From assembly GCF_964204645.1 (NCBI RefSeq), contig NC_134030.1, positions 17,940,210 through 18,004,209 on the forward strand: DNA of 64,000 nt, in the 5' to 3' direction. The notes beneath the pieces were generated by a model. The model did not search any database and had not been told where the DNA came from. It saw nothing but the letters and a program-made list of their open reading frames with translations. The stretch is from Tubulanus polymorphus. Taxonomy: Eukaryota; Animalia; Nemertea. Shown piece after piece: positions 63,037 through 64,000 of this stretch. The position numbers and the translations under genes were made by a program. Positions within the stretch are counted from its first letter, which is position 1, and every line of letters starts with the position of its first letter.

Positions 63037-63834
63037 ATGGTAGAATTAAAAGAATACAGAATATTTGTTGATTCTAGAAAACTTATAAATTATAAATCTC
63101 ATAATTTATTAGTACAATTAGATAGAGAATTTAAGAATTGTGTAGATTTAAAATTAGTAAATATAAGTTTATGTAATTCTTTTTATAATATATCGGATAA
63201 AACTGATGAACATAGAAGCCTTCTTATTTTTGATAAACTTGAAAAAAAATGGATTCAACTTATGCTTACACCAGGATTATATAATTTAGAAACATTAGCG
63301 CAAGAAATTAATAGAAAAGCTCGGATTAGATTAGGTAATGGTAATTCCAAATTTAATATTAAATTCATAAAAAGTGAGAGCTCTAATAAAATTAAAATAA
63401 AGCTTGATGATGAACTTATTAAACTTGATAAATCTGATCCATTGATGACAAGAAGACATACTTACACGGTAAAAAAACCTATAGCTAAACTATTAGGAAT
63501 TACTCCAAATCAATTTGGTGGAAACAAACACGGTAACTCAAATATAATACCTTTTACACACTTTTATATTTATTGCAATTTAATCGATCCTACAAAAACA
63601 TTCGAAGCAACTAAAGATACAACATGTAATTCTGGTTTACTAAACATTTTACCATTGAAGAATGTTAAACAATTTGGAACGCAAATAAATTATAATTTAA
63701 CAGAATGTGATTTTAAACCTTGCATTCCTAAATTTAATAATTTTAGATTAGAAATTAGAAATCATAATGGATACTTAATTGATTTAAATAACTTTCCTGT
63801 GATATATGAATTAGTTATAAGATGTAAAGAGTAA
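63037..63834 (+). CDS. Minor capsid (penton-like, single jelly-roll) protein
   Basis: IFVDSR, NSFYNI, PGLYNL, KLLG, FYIYCNLI, LEIRNHNGYLIDLN pattern of Polinton and virophage pentons. Confidence 0.75.
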   Translation: MVELKEYRIFVDSRKLINYKSHNLLVQLDREFKNCVDLKLVNISLCNSFYNISDKTDEHRSLLIFDKLEKKWIQLMLTPGLYNLETLAQEINRKARIRLGNGNSKFNIKFIKSESSNKIKIKLDDELIKLDKSDPLMTRRHTYTVKKPIAKLLGITPNQFGGNKHGNSNIIPFTHFYIYCNLIDPTKTFEATKDTTCNSGLLNILPLKNVKQFGTQINYNLTECDFKPCIPKFNNFRLEIRNHNGYLIDLNNFPVIYELVIRCKE

Positions 63835-63850
63835 TTTTTCACCTATAAAA

Positions 63851-64000
63851 ATGAATATAACTGTTGGACCGAGTATATGTTTTGGGTTTGATTTTAAACG
63901 TGAGAAAGAAATGAAATTTAACATTAATGATGTAATAACACATATCAAAAATGTTGTATTTTCTAATGAAACAACATTTGAGTATGAAACAACAATAGAT
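63851..64000 (+). CDS. 5' end of the next Maverick ORF (truncated by the window)
   Basis: Open frame MNITVGPSICFG... to the window end, preceded by GAGTAA-N16-ATG. Confidence 0.6.
   Translation, partial: MNITVGPSICFGFDFKREKEMKFNINDVITHIKNVVFSNETTFEYETTID

Larger units (their letters stand above)
56503..64000. mobile_element. Maverick/Polinton copy 2 (left part; continues beyond the window)
   Basis: Terminus AGTAATTAGAA, then pPolB, a VLTF3-like gene and a minor capsid gene; abrupt switch to very AT-rich intronless DNA. Confidence 0.93.

Overview
Animal (invertebrate; probably lophotrochozoan, inferred from gene and repeat content) genomic DNA dense in mobile elements. The main feature is a very AT-rich Maverick/Polinton (adintovirus-like) family present in two copies with the same terminus (5'-AGTAATTAGAA at 2444 and 56503). 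Copy 1 is an internally deleted derivative (2444-~6850) retaining integrase, A32-like packaging ATPase and an HNH nuclease. Copy 2 runs off the right edge (56503-64000) and carries a protein-primed PolB, a zinc-finger/VLTF3-like late transcription factor and a minor capsid protein. The family shows several giant-virus/poxvirus-like traits: a LAGLIDADG intein in PolB motif C (YFD^TD), a VLTF3-like gene, an NCLDV-type HNH nuclease, and a bipartite AAGTAA-N13-TAAATG promoter-like motif before every intact gene start. The window also holds a complete 14.1-kb IS3EU-type DNA transposon (37390-51484; TATGG..CCATA ends, 6-bp TSD, satellite-built TIRs) carrying a SAM-HECT E3 ligase gene. Other content: a tandem segmental duplication, a 4-copy kringle-exon array, Penelope elements and minimal hammerhead ribozymes (one in a 167-bp tandem repeat), LINE, MULE, Helentron and MITE relics, disrupted GPCR genes and two methyltransferase exons. 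All family calls come from motif recognition by eye; no searches were run.
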